Virus record (IMG/VR): IMGVR_UViG_3300045988_178965
Coordinates: 96,001-160,000 of that record
DNA: 64,000 nt
DNA from: a virus
Strand: one strand, 5' to 3'
Shown: positions 9,612-17,764 of the stretch, one piece after another
How the letters are laid out: each line of letters begins with the position of its first letter
Position numbering within the stretch: the stretch's first letter is position 1
Position numbers and translations under genes: made by a program
The notes under the pieces: model-generated
Told to the model about the DNA's origin: nothing
Databases searched by the model: none
The model's input: only the letters and a program-made list of their open reading frames with translations

Positions 9612-10232
9612 CTATTTGCCAAAAATTGAAAACGAGATATCCTGCATTGAACGAAGAACCTTTTTCATATCGCTTGAAGAATTCTTAAGATTAATAATAT
9701 GACTTAAATTGCAGCGATAATTTAATTTCGACTTCAAATCTTCGATCGGATCTTGAAAATATTTATCTGTGATTTCAAGAGGTTTATGGTTTTTAAATGT
9801 ATACCATCCTGCGCTTTCTGAATTAAGCTTTCCGTCACTATATCCAAGTATCGTGAAAAGCATATGTTTTTTCTCTGGGATAATAAAACAAATGCAACTC
9901 AAACCTTTAGAAACAGAAATATAAACCGGAGAATTATCTATTAATATGTCCTCGATCTTTTTAGATTCTTCTAAAGAAGCCCTAATGTCTCCATAAGAAA
10001 ATATCCAATAATGTATTGCCATAAAAATAATTGTAACTAAAATTACAAATAACAATTCAGCGCCTAGAAGTATCCAAAACAAAAATCCAATTATAGGATA
10101 GAGTAACGATATTATTGTATCTGAAGTTTTAATCCCAGTCTTAATGCGATACCATTTGCCATTTGGGCAAGAAGTATCTTCCCAGTAGCATTTAGGTTTT
10201 CTGCCACTAGCATCTACAAATAACGTTGTCAT
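9612..10232 (-). CDS. hypothetical membrane protein
   Basis: 206-aa ORF with two adjacent TM helices (IISLLYPIIGFLFWILLGAELLFVILVTIIFMAI). Confidence 0.5.
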   Translation of the reverse strand: MTTLFVDASGRKPKCYWEDTSCPNGKWYRIKTGIKTSDTIISLLYPIIGFLFWILLGAELLFVILVTIIFMAIHYWIFSYGDIRASLEESKKIEDILIDNSPVYISVSKGLSCICFIIPEKKHMLFTILGYSDGKLNSESAGWYTFKNHKPLEITDKYFQDPIEDLKSKLNYRCNLSHIINLKNSSSDMKKVLRSMQDISFSIFGK

Positions 10233-10235
10233 AAA

Positions 10236-11123
10236 CTACTCCTTATCAAATCGCATATACATCAATTTTGGCAGGCGAATTGACTTACCTGTGCTACTAG
10301 GCTGCAAACCTTTAACCGTCCATATAGTACCAATAAGAGATTGGCGATCGGATTCATATTCTTTGGTCAAAGCAATTCTTTTAGAGTCATCCCAATTTAA
10401 ACCAAAATCTGCCCAAAAGGCAATTTCAGGATTATCAACAGATCTACAATACATCGAACCTATCTGTCCTTCACGTTTGCCAATACCGTATTTAACCTGC
10501 TCAACTTTTACATCTTCTAGATGTTCACGGACACGCTTAATTTGTGTATTGACGCGTTTACCCATACGGTAAATACCATTAGGGTCTTTAAGTACAATAC
10601 CCTCTCCGCCAGTTTTTACATTGGCCATAAAAACTTTGTCAATAAAATCATGACAATCATTATCAGGACAAGTTCTATGATAAACAGATGAGGCAAAAGG
10701 CAGATAAAGACCAGAAGAAGCTTTTAAATAACGAGTAACATAGGATTCTTTGTCTTCATTATTCCCGTCCAAAAGAATAGAGTCATGAATACCAATATTA
10801 AATTGAAAATTAAGCTCTTCATCGCTCCAAGCTTCTTTTCTGTTTGGACTAACTAATCCTGATAGTCTTTCCAAGGAGGCATTTGGTAAACACAATTCAA
10901 ACAGAATAAAATCAGATTTATCCTTATTATAAACGGATCTAAATTCAGACATATTTTGGAACAATACAGATTCAGGCGGTACGAACAAAGGTCGTTGAGT
11001 CCGACTGTATACAACTCCGTCTTTAAGATTTAAAGCTGCAAATACACCGTCAAATTTTTTCTGTACAATCCATCCAGAGTAATTACTAGATTCTTTGTAT
11101 TTTCCAAGCTTCATAAAATCCAT
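10236..11123 (-). CDS. lig: ATP-dependent DNA ligase (minimal, ~295 aa)
   Basis: Motif I KFDG (QKKFDGV), motif IV EGIVLK, motif V-like GKRVNTQIKRV, and a C-terminal OB-like region. Confidence 0.75.
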   Translation of the reverse strand: MDFMKLGKYKESSNYSGWIVQKKFDGVFAALNLKDGVVYSRTQRPLFVPPESVLFQNMSEFRSVYNKDKSDFILFELCLPNASLERLSGLVSPNRKEAWSDEELNFQFNIGIHDSILLDGNNEDKESYVTRYLKASSGLYLPFASSVYHRTCPDNDCHDFIDKVFMANVKTGGEGIVLKDPNGIYRMGKRVNTQIKRVREHLEDVKVEQVKYGIGKREGQIGSMYCRSVDNPEIAFWADFGLNWDDSKRIALTKEYESDRQSLIGTIWTVKGLQPSSTGKSIRLPKLMYMRFDKE

Positions 11124-11124
11124 A

Positions 11125-11781
11125 TCAACATTCCTTTAAAATCTTTTTCAAAATCTTTTTACCGGTCCTTTCTTTTTTGATTGGCCCGCCAATTACATCA
11201 TCTATGATTCCTGATCGTTCAACAATATTAAGTACCATCTCTGAATTTATAATATCAACAGAAAAACTTCTCTTGATAGAATTATTCTTTATAAGAAGGG
11301 TTGAATCTTTAGCCCTTTCGGCAGCACCATAGGGAACAAGTTCTATGATGCCACGAAGTGATTGACCGGTATTGTCAATAACGATCCCTCTACCATCTTC
11401 CCATTGGATATAATACACAGTATAAAGACACATTCCGTCTGTTAAACGCCCACAATTCTTAAGGAAATAAAGTTCTCTAGAGGCTAGAACCTTTTCTGGT
11501 CTTGTATCTTTGTCTCTAACTAGAATATTATCTCCGCTGAGAAATTGTGGGACAAGGAATATAGCGCCTAAGGTTTCAAAAAGGACAGCACATCCTTTTA
11601 ACCATTCTGGAAATGTACTAAGATATCCAAAAATAAAGATGGTTGAAATTATAAAGGCAACACCAAGTGAATAGAGTATCTTATTCGCATTAGAGGTTTT
11701 TGCAACATCTACCCACTCATAAAGGTTAAACTGATACATTTCAAATTTATTATTTGATTCGTATATAAAGAATGATTGCAT
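11125..11781 (-). CDS. hypothetical membrane protein
   Basis: 218-aa ORF with two TM helices in the N-terminal half. Confidence 0.5.
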   Translation of the reverse strand: MQSFFIYESNNKFEMYQFNLYEWVDVAKTSNANKILYSLGVAFIISTIFIFGYLSTFPEWLKGCAVLFETLGAIFLVPQFLSGDNILVRDKDTRPEKVLASRELYFLKNCGRLTDGMCLYTVYYIQWEDGRGIVIDNTGQSLRGIIELVPYGAAERAKDSTLLIKNNSIKRSFSVDIINSEMVLNIVERSGIIDDVIGGPIKKERTGKKILKKILKEC

Positions 11782-11799
11782 GTTGCCTCCATTTAAATA

Positions 11800-12000
11800 T
11801 TACCAGCGTTTACCGATGCTTACTTTTCCGGAACTAGAAAAAGCCGCCATAATGACGATTACAAACAATGCAATAACGCCAATTGACAATGGGGCTAATG
11901 CAAGCCCTACCAGCCAAATCCAAGAGATCGCCAAATAGCCGAATAACTTTGCAGCAATAGCAATCAAAATAGCCAAATAATAGAATGTAGCAAAATTCAT
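11800..12000 (-). CDS. small 2-TM membrane protein
   Basis: 66 aa, almost entirely hydrophobic. Confidence 0.45.
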   Translation of the reverse strand: MNFATFYYLAILIAIAAKLFGYLAISWIWLVGLALAPLSIGVIALFVIVIMAAFSSSGKVSIGKRW

Positions 12001-12020
12001 ATATACCTCACAAAAACAAT

Positions 12021-12043
12021 AGCCCTAGAATAACTCTAGGGCT
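12021..12043 (-). terminator. intrinsic terminator-like hairpin
   Basis: AGCCCTAGA/TCTAGGGCT stem followed by ATTGTTTTTG in minus sense. Confidence 0.6.
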
Positions 12044-12051
12044 TATTATAC

Positions 12052-12660
12052 TTACTCTTTATTTCCAGACTTCAGGGAGTCAAAGAACTCATCGAAGCCC
12101 GCATCGGAAACACCGGTTTGACCGCCAGACAGAATCTTAGCAGCTTCGGCTTTACCTTTGGTATTGACTTTGATTTCACGGAGGAATTCATCAGCATCAA
12201 TATCAACGATAAACGTTTTACCCAAAGAAACATTCAGGGCAACTTCGTTTTTCTTCATTTGTAATTTTTCACGCTGCAAGCTCAGGTTAAAACAGAGTCG
12301 CTCATATTCAGCTTCCTGTTCAATATAATTAGCATGCATCTTTTTCTTTTCTTCCAGAATTTGCTTACGCATAAATACACGATAGGCAGCATTGCGGTCT
12401 GTTTTACCGGCGGCAACATCTTCACGCAGAGCTTCTTCTTCTTTTCGCAGCTTCGGCTCTTCGCTATTGATTTCTTTTTCAATGTCTTCAATAGACTGTT
12501 GAACAGAAGCGCGGTTAACACAAGCTTGGTTAATCGCTTTGCCTACATCAGAAACCTTTTGGTTAATGTATTCTTTGGCACGCTCAGGATCATTGAAGAT
12601 CAATTCATTCGTTTTGCCTTTAAAAAAGGACATAAAAATTGCTTTTAATTTTTCCAACAT
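12052..12660 (-). CDS. PspA/IM30 (Vipp1/ESCRT-III-like) family protein
   Basis: ~200-aa all-helical coiled coil. The N-terminal layout (…ELIFNDPERAKEYINQKVSDV…) parallels PspA (…[23 protein letters not shown]…). Confidence 0.5.
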   Translation of the reverse strand: MLEKLKAIFMSFFKGKTNELIFNDPERAKEYINQKVSDVGKAINQACVNRASVQQSIEDIEKEINSEEPKLRKEEEALREDVAAGKTDRNAAYRVFMRKQILEEKKKMHANYIEQEAEYERLCFNLSLQREKLQMKKNEVALNVSLGKTFIVDIDADEFLREIKVNTKGKAEAAKILSGGQTGVSDAGFDEFFDSLKSGNKE

Positions 12661-12670
12661 TGCAGTCTCC

Positions 12671-13165
12671 TTACTTAAGGGATAATTTATAAATCTTTAA
12701 TTCGTAATCTTCTGTCGAAATAGAACGAATTTCTTCCTTATCAAACTCATCGAAAGAGTAATCAAGGAATGTATCACACTCATAATCCTTGTTTTTAAAT
12801 TCGATTTCTGATAAGTAAACAGCATCTACAAGACCAGCAGACAGGAAGTGTTTGTATAATTCCGCGCCGCCGATTAAAAACAATTCTTCATCATTAGAGG
12901 TACACAAATATAAATATTCCTCTAATGTTTCCATTGTATAAGAACCATTTCTCCCATCTCTAGTTACAGGGATAACAGTTCTTCTATTTAATGGAGGCAT
13001 ATCTTTAAAGGTCTTATATCCGCAAATACAAACATTCCCAAGAGTCATTTCTTTAAAAAATTTTAAATCATCAGGACAACGCCAAGGAAGCTTTCCTTTA
13101 TAACCAATACCGCCAGTCTTTTTATCGACCGCAACAATCATATTTAATTTTGAGTCAGCAAACAT
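12671..13165 (-). CDS. folA: dihydrofolate reductase
   Basis: MIVAVD..GGIGYKGKLPW..PDDLKFFKEMT...CGYKTF...L..R..IPVTRD, and LIGGAELY matches the DHFR fingerprint. Confidence 0.85.
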   Translation of the reverse strand: MFADSKLNMIVAVDKKTGGIGYKGKLPWRCPDDLKFFKEMTLGNVCICGYKTFKDMPPLNRRTVIPVTRDGRNGSYTMETLEEYLYLCTSNDEELFLIGGAELYKHFLSAGLVDAVYLSEIEFKNKDYECDTFLDYSFDEFDKEEIRSISTEDYELKIYKLSLK

Positions 13166-13317
13166 TATAGCTCCTCTTCTTGAAAACGAAGTTCAATACT
13201 CCGTTTAATACGAGCCGCGGCAGTCTTTTTGCTTTGCTCAGTTGGCTTATTGTATACCACACCAAGATTCTTAGCTTGTTTACTCAAAATCCAATCTTTA
13301 ATCCAAGGCTTACTCAT
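13165..13317 (-). CDS. small protein (50 aa, below the ORF-track cutoff)
   Basis: ATG at 13317. The TAATG junction overlaps the folA start. Confidence 0.3.
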   Translation of the reverse strand: MSKPWIKDWILSKQAKNLGVVYNKPTEQSKKTAAARIKRSIELRFQEEEL

Positions 13318-13399
13318 TAAATACTCCGATACAAATAATAAAACAAAAGCCCCACAGGGCAGATAAAAATCTACTCTATGGGGCTTTCTAAATATAGGG

Positions 13400-13478
13400 T
13401 AGGAGACTAGCAGGTGCGATAAAGTGTTATTTCTTCAACAATCATAAATGTTAAAAGATAAATAATGCTAGTCTCCTA
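13400..13478 (-). repeat. 13-bp perfect inverted repeat (long hairpin) abutting the tRNA-Ser 3' end
   Basis: TAGGAGACTAGCA (13400-13412) pairs with TGCTAGTCTCCTA (13466-13478), leaving a 53-nt loop. Confidence 0.7.
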
Positions 13479-13480
13479 AT

Positions 13481-13568
13481 TGGAGGAGAAGGTGGGATTC
13501 GAACCCACGGACCGTTTCCGATCGGCTGATTTCAAGTCAGGTGCAATAGTCCACTCTGCCACTTCTCC
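13481..13568 (-). tRNA. tRNA-Ser(UGA), class II, CCA encoded
   Basis: Acceptor GGAGAAG/CTTCTCC, loop CTTGAAA, long variable arm, T-loop GGTTCGAATCC. Confidence 0.9.
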
Positions 13569-13573
13569 ATTTT

Positions 13574-14014
13574 TCAACGTTCTCTATGATAAGTTTTACT
13601 CATGCATAAAGAACCTAAAAGCTTACTTTCAATATACCCCATTTTTTCAAGGGTACGTTTATAAACTTTATAGCGTCTAGTATCAGCACCCTGTACTGAT
13701 AGAATAACACTATTAAAACTTAATTCATCAAAGAAATCTTTAATAAATAAGTCAAAACTTTGTTTTGCTAACAATAATCCTGAAACTCCAATGGTTCCTG
13801 TTACAGAGCGAGCACTAAATTCAATATCTACGCGTTTGCGCTTCCTATATATTGATAAGCATACAGAATAAACAGGTAGGCCATTATATTTCTTTACCGG
13901 CCCAAATTGGATAAGGATAGTATTGTCAATATGCTTAATACGATAACAGAAAGTAGGGAGAGAGTCACCTTCTGCAATAAAAGATTGATAACTCCAGTCT
14001 GACATTTCTATCAC
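13574..14014 (-). CDS. hypothetical protein (possibly GNAT-like)
   Basis: 146-aa ORF. The C-terminal ...YKVYKRTLEKMGY resembles the end of a GNAT domain, but only weakly. Confidence 0.4.
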   Translation of the reverse strand: MIEMSDWSYQSFIAEGDSLPTFCYRIKHIDNTILIQFGPVKKYNGLPVYSVCLSIYRKRKRVDIEFSARSVTGTIGVSGLLLAKQSFDLFIKDFFDELSFNSVILSVQGADTRRYKVYKRTLEKMGYIESKLLGSLCMSKTYHRER

Positions 14015-14191
14015 CTTTTATAAGGAGTCCCGACAAAAGTAGCACGACACTTAATGTCCGATAAAAAGTCAGATGTAGTCGTAGCAAGCATTCAGGACAT
14101 AAAAGTTAGACAGGGCGGATGCGTGGAGGCTGTATGTACACGGGGCCTGATATGGCTTCCCTCAAACTTGCAAACGCCTGTCTTAAATCGA

Positions 14192-14266
14192 TGGAGCGGG
14201 TGGCGAGACTCGAACTCGACTTCATTGGCTTGGAAGGCCAAGGCACAACCCTTATACCACACCCGC
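14192..14266 (-). tRNA. tRNA-Gly(UCC), CCA encoded
   Basis: Acceptor GCGGGTG/CACCCGC, anticodon arm TTGGC-CTTCCAA-GCCAA, T-loop TTCGAGT. One mismatch in the T-stem. Confidence 0.8.
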
Positions 14267-14283
14267 ATTAAATTTTATTCGAG

Positions 14284-14484
14284 CTAAACAGAAGCAATAA
14301 CTTTGAAGTCCAGAATCAATATATAGCCATACATATCTCTATATAAATTGGATATTAGATCCGAAACATGACTCTCCAAAGATCTAAACAGAGGGCCAGT
14401 GATATATGAATCATCAACTTCAATAAAGGCTGAACTTCTTTTCCCATTGCGCTCATAAAGAGCGAAACATCTCTTCTTGGACAT
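14284..14484 (-). CDS. hypothetical small protein
   Basis: ORF 14284..14586 trimmed to the ATG at 14484, because the 5' extension overlaps the tRNA-Leu gene. Confidence 0.35.
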   Translation of the reverse strand: MSKKRCFALYERNGKRSSAFIEVDDSYITGPLFRSLESHVSDLISNLYRDMYGYILILDFKVIASV

Positions 14485-14505
14485 GTTTAAATCTCCATTA
14501 TAGAT

Positions 14506-14592
14506 TGCAACCAGCAGGATTTGAACCTGCACGCCACTCTCTGGCTTCGGCACATTAAGTACCGATACGTCTACCAATTCCGTCATGGTTGC
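14506..14592 (-). tRNA. tRNA-Leu(UAA)-like, class II, no encoded CCA
   Basis: Acceptor GCAACCA/TGGTTGC, Leu-type D-arm (AATTGGTAGAC), loop CTTAATG (position 37 is a pyrimidine, which is unusual), long variable arm. Confidence 0.7.
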
Positions 14593-14713
14593 GATATTCC
14601 CATTAGCTTTGGCTGTTAGCTGGAACTAGTAGCCAAAATATTTTTTAACATTGTACTGGACTGTGGAAAGGAAAGCCTTAATAATTGAAATATATGGGAA
14701 ATGGGAAACTTAG

Positions 14714-14864
14714 TATGTGCACCCGGAATCGAACCGGAACCTTCATGCTCGCGCCGCCGCTCTACTAATAAGCTAATGGACGTCAGTTAATTTATGGTCG
14801 CCCATTCTGGAATTGCACCAGATTCTCTCGACTCGCAAGTGTTCTACCATTAAACTATACACAT
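14714..14864 (-). ncRNA. nested double tRNA-like RNA: outer tRNA-like scaffold with a circularly permuted tRNA-like domain in place of the anticodon loop
   Basis: Outer acceptor ATGTGTA/TGCACAT pairs 7/7 and inner acceptor ATGGGCG/CGTCCAT pairs 7/7. Each has its own D- and T-arm. A 10-bp connecting helix carries a GA bulge. See finding. Confidence 0.6.
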
Positions 14865-14984
14865 ATATTATTTTAATGTTACTTATTAGAAATTGTATCA
14901 ATTAACTTATTGGTAAGCTTTTTAATTTCTAACGAATTTTGTTCTAACTCTTCCAAGAGTTGTCTTACTCTCATTTCTATAAAA

Positions 14985-15335
14985 TCAGCAAACGATGGAA
15001 CATTCTTGACTTCTGCCGTAGATACTATGGTTACAATTTCTTTCATCTAATTTCACCAGTATATCATATATCTCCTCATCCAAATGAGGATATTCTTCTA
15101 TTTTAAATGTTAGCCTACAGTATAAATCTTTTAATGTAAAATACCCAGAATTGATAAGAAAACCAAACAGTCCTTCTAGAAACGCATAAGAAATGCCATA
15201 TGTATTATCAAAATCAATCCTTAAGGTAAATTCAGTTTTATAAAGTTCAGGGAAAACTTTCGATCTAGCAAAATCTTCGCCATCTTCTTTGCCTTTGGGG
15301 AACTTTGAATATTCTGATAATTTAACTGTTTTCAT
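14985..15335 (-). CDS. hypothetical protein
   Basis: The annotated start at 15344 is TTG; the ATG at 15335 (MKTVKLSEY...) is preferred. Confidence 0.45.
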   Translation of the reverse strand: MKTVKLSEYSKFPKGKEDGEDFARSKVFPELYKTEFTLRIDFDNTYGISYAFLEGLFGFLINSGYFTLKDLYCRLTFKIEEYPHLDEEIYDILVKLDERNCNHSIYGRSQECSIVC

Positions 15336-15368
15336 ATATACCAATACTGTATTAATGTAGCTGCATTA

Positions 15369-15458
15369 TGGTCCGCGAGGTGGGACTCGAACCCACACGA
15401 CCATTACAGTCCTCGGATTTTAAGTCCGATATGTGCTACCCAATTTCATCACTCGCGG
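15369..15458 (-). tRNA. tRNA-Leu(UAA), class II, CCA encoded
   Basis: Acceptor CCGCGAG/CTCGCGG, arm TCGGA-CTTAAAA-TCCGA, long variable arm, T-loop TTCGAGT. Confidence 0.85.
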
Positions 15459-15462
15459 TGTT

Positions 15463-15537
15463 TGGCATAGCCTGAAAGATTCGAACTCTCACTTTTGGAT
15501 TTGGAATCCAACGTGCTACCATTAACACTAAAGCCAT
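15463..15537 (-). tRNA. tRNA-Trp(CCA), CCA encoded
   Basis: Arm TTGGA-TTCCAAA-TCCAA, T-loop TTCGAAT, acceptor with two G.U pairs. Confidence 0.85.
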
Positions 15538-15544
15538 ATTATTC

Positions 15545-15635
15545 TGGTGGAGGGAGTAGGAGTCGAACCTACAATGTTTACCTTTCGGAACAGATTTACA
15601 GTCTGCTGCAACACCACCGTCGTTGCCGTCCCTCC
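15545..15635 (-). tRNA. tRNA-Tyr(GUA), class II, CCA encoded
   Basis: Acceptor GGAGGGA/TCCCTCC, arm GCAGA-CTGTAAA-TCTGT, long variable arm. Confidence 0.9.
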
Positions 15636-15794
15636 ATTGTTGTTGTTAGCTGTCACGGTATTCTGCTAACACCCTGCGAGCATTTTGGTGTATACACGTT
15701 TAAATGCTTCCCGAACCATTCCATGTGTGCAGGATAATTTGTGCACTAACTAGAACAGATTTTTTCTGGGATGAATAGTGCACTAGTATAAAAT

Positions 15795-15880
15795 TGGTGC
15801 GGGTGGAGAGACTCGAACTCTCACGCACTAAGGCACCGGAACCTAAATCCGGCGTGTCTGCCCAATTTCACCACACCCGC
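15795..15880 (-). tRNA. tRNA-Leu(UAG), class II, CCA encoded
   Basis: Acceptor GCGGGTG/CACCCGC, arm CCGGA-TTTAGGT-TCCGG, long variable arm. Confidence 0.9.
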
Positions 15881-16683
15881 ATTAAAAAATCCTTTTCGGA
15901 CATCACTCCCTAGAAGGATTCACTCTAGCTAGATATTCCACATTACTAGTTCGACGTATTTATCATCACGGCTGAATCTACGCAAAACGCCCAACAGTCT
16001 CAAGGGTTGACTGATAACCCAGCATATTTACACAATGCCCGGCGTCCAATTTGCTCTTATTGGCATACCTTATTGGAAAGGTGAACCATTAACCGAAGGC
16101 TCGCGGGATTCTTGAAACATACATAGCAGTAGACTCTCGAGCGCCCACCACTTTGCATGCTTTTAATAGTGCAAATACTTTTATTATTTCAAAGGCATCA
16201 CCCTTCATGGATAAAAAGTTAAAATCCACCCGATCATTAGTTCATTATCGGTTCGGCCGTTATTTATTAGGGAATTAAACGAACAAAAAGACCAGAGATT
16301 TTTCGAAACCTCCTAACGCACAGAATACCCCTGTGGAGGGATTGATTTCTTTGAACCAATCTAAGTCGTGCCGTTTCACCCAGCGGCAGTCGGGGATTTT
16401 TAAAAACATATAGCAATAGGAACATAATAAAAATGGACCTATTACTCTGTATTCTACAGAAGATGAGATTTTAGTATAAATCTCAAAAATTGCCTTTTAT
16501 TAAGCCCAAAGGTGGACCCCTTTATCGTATCGCTTCGAGGGGCAGCGCCACGTCTAACGCTTAGTGGAGAGCGCTATGAGATCCGGCCCACAGCCCCGTC
16601 TCATTTTCGTATGAGTCAACGAAGTGTTTTCCTGTTCAAAACAAATAAAAGGCACCAGTGGTTATCCTCACTAGGAAAGGATC
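15881..16683 (-). ncRNA. ~800-nt ORF-free, relatively GC-rich structured spacer inside the tRNA array (candidate large ncRNA)
   Basis: No credible ORF on either strand. Many nested helices, for example GGGGC...GCCCC enclosing AGCGC/GCGCT and CCAC/GTGG around 16520-16600. Flanked by tRNAs. Confidence 0.3.
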
Positions 16684-16758
16684 TGGAAGCGAACATAGGA
16701 CTCGAACCTATAACTCAGGGTTATGAGCCCTGTGTGTTACCAATTACACCAACTCGCT
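16684..16758 (-). tRNA. tRNA-Met/Ile2(CAU), CCA encoded
   Basis: Arm CAGGG-CTCATAA-CCCTG, T-loop TTCGAGT. Confidence 0.85.
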
Positions 16759-16787
16759 ATAATCTTTATTATTGCCCATTGTTCACA

Positions 16788-16857
16788 AATACAGGTGGGG
16801 CTCGAACCCACGCCCTCGGCGTTCTCGGCCTTGCTCTAACCAACTGAGCTACTGATT
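16788..16857 (-). ncRNA. tRNA-like element with a defective anticodon arm
   Basis: Canonical D-arm (GCTCAGTTGGTTAGAGC) and T-arm (GTGGGTTCGAGCCCCAC). The anticodon region is the direct repeat GCCGAG-AAC-GCCGAG (only 3 bp) and the acceptor has a bulge. Confidence 0.5.
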
Positions 16858-17215
16858 ATTAAAACAATGGGGCTTAAAGCTTTTTAAAATTTATTAGGAT
16901 GGAAACCCGCGACTCTCATAGACAATATCAATAAGCATCTTTAGCCGCTTTCAGAATCGGGGTTTCCTAAATTGTGCCTGCCAGAGGGTTTTAAATGGTG
17001 ACACTAATTATAATATTTAGCCTATAACTTATTATAATTTGGACACCAGAAATGGTATTATAGATCAACAGATATAATGTAAATAATTGCATCTGGCAAG
17101 GCTTAAACTTTAGACATAAATTTGTTTTGATAGCCCCTACCCTTGTTGTTCCTAACACGCAGATAGGCAAAGATAGGGGAGTTATTAAACTTAACTATCA
17201 AAAGCTCGCCACATC

Positions 17216-17287
17216 GAATAAAGGACGGAATCGAACCGTCTACGTTCTGCCATCCGCGCAGACATTCCACCATTGAATTACATTACT
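17216..17287 (-). ncRNA. tRNA-like gene with a non-canonical anticodon loop (GCGGATG)
   Basis: Good cloverleaf (D ATTC/GAAT, anticodon stem TCTGC/GCAGA, T GACGG-TTCGATT-CCGTC). However, loop position 33 is C and position 37 is T, and the acceptor has one mismatch. Confidence 0.5.
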
Positions 17288-17504
17288 CGTTTTGTGGCAA
17301 GGCTTAAAACCAATCAGTCCAGCTTACAGTGTACTGGGTCAACTAAATTGACTGCTAGGATTTTTAAAACTTAATAAGGAGATTCCTATGAAATTACTCT
17401 CAAAATACAACCACACTCGCCAAAGTGCTAAATTGAAAATAATTCAAGTATATTAAGATATTTTAAACCACATATACTTGATGGTTTATGTCACAAAACT
17501 TAAT

Positions 17505-17714
17505 TTAATCGTCTTTTTCACAACGACCAAGAATTACAATATTCTCAATTATAACTCTTTCTGAAGTCTGAAGAGATCTTTTCAGTTCTTCATAAATAGC
17601 CTCTTCGACTATATAATCAAATTCAGAATTTAAATGCTTTTCTTTAACTTGGATAACCGCACTTCCATGGACACATGGATGCGTATATTTTACGAATAGA
17701 TTTAAATATACCAT
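17505..17714 (-). CDS. hypothetical small protein
   Basis: Trimmed to the ATG at 17714 (AAAGGA RBS). The upstream extension crosses a GC-rich hairpin. Confidence 0.4.
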   Translation of the reverse strand: MVYLNLFVKYTHPCVHGSAVIQVKEKHLNSEFDYIVEEAIYEELKRSLQTSERVIIENIVILGRCEKDD

Positions 17715-17764
17715 ATTAAATCCTTTAAATATTTGGCACGCCCGGCGGCCGGAGTGGGCTAAGA

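Noticed and set aside
14506-14592. Reading the anticodon loop as ACTTAAT (anticodon UUA, an ochre suppressor)
   Set aside because: That register leaves no base-paired anticodon stem. The register with stem CGGTA/TGCCG gives loop CTTAATG and anticodon UAA (Leu).
15881-16683. tmRNA or RNase P RNA in the large tRNA-array spacer
   Set aside because: I looked for the tmRNA tRNA-like ends (GGGGCUGA... / ...GGUUCGAAUCC...CCACCA) and for RNase P CR-I/CR-IV (GAGGAAAGUCC, ACAGAAA..GGCUUA) on both strands and found neither.
746-17310. GGCTTAAA motif (seen at ~750, 16870, 17100 and 17300) as a shared regulatory box
   Set aside because: It is only 8 nt long in an AT-rich genome. It occurs in both orientations and in inconsistent contexts, which is insufficient evidence.
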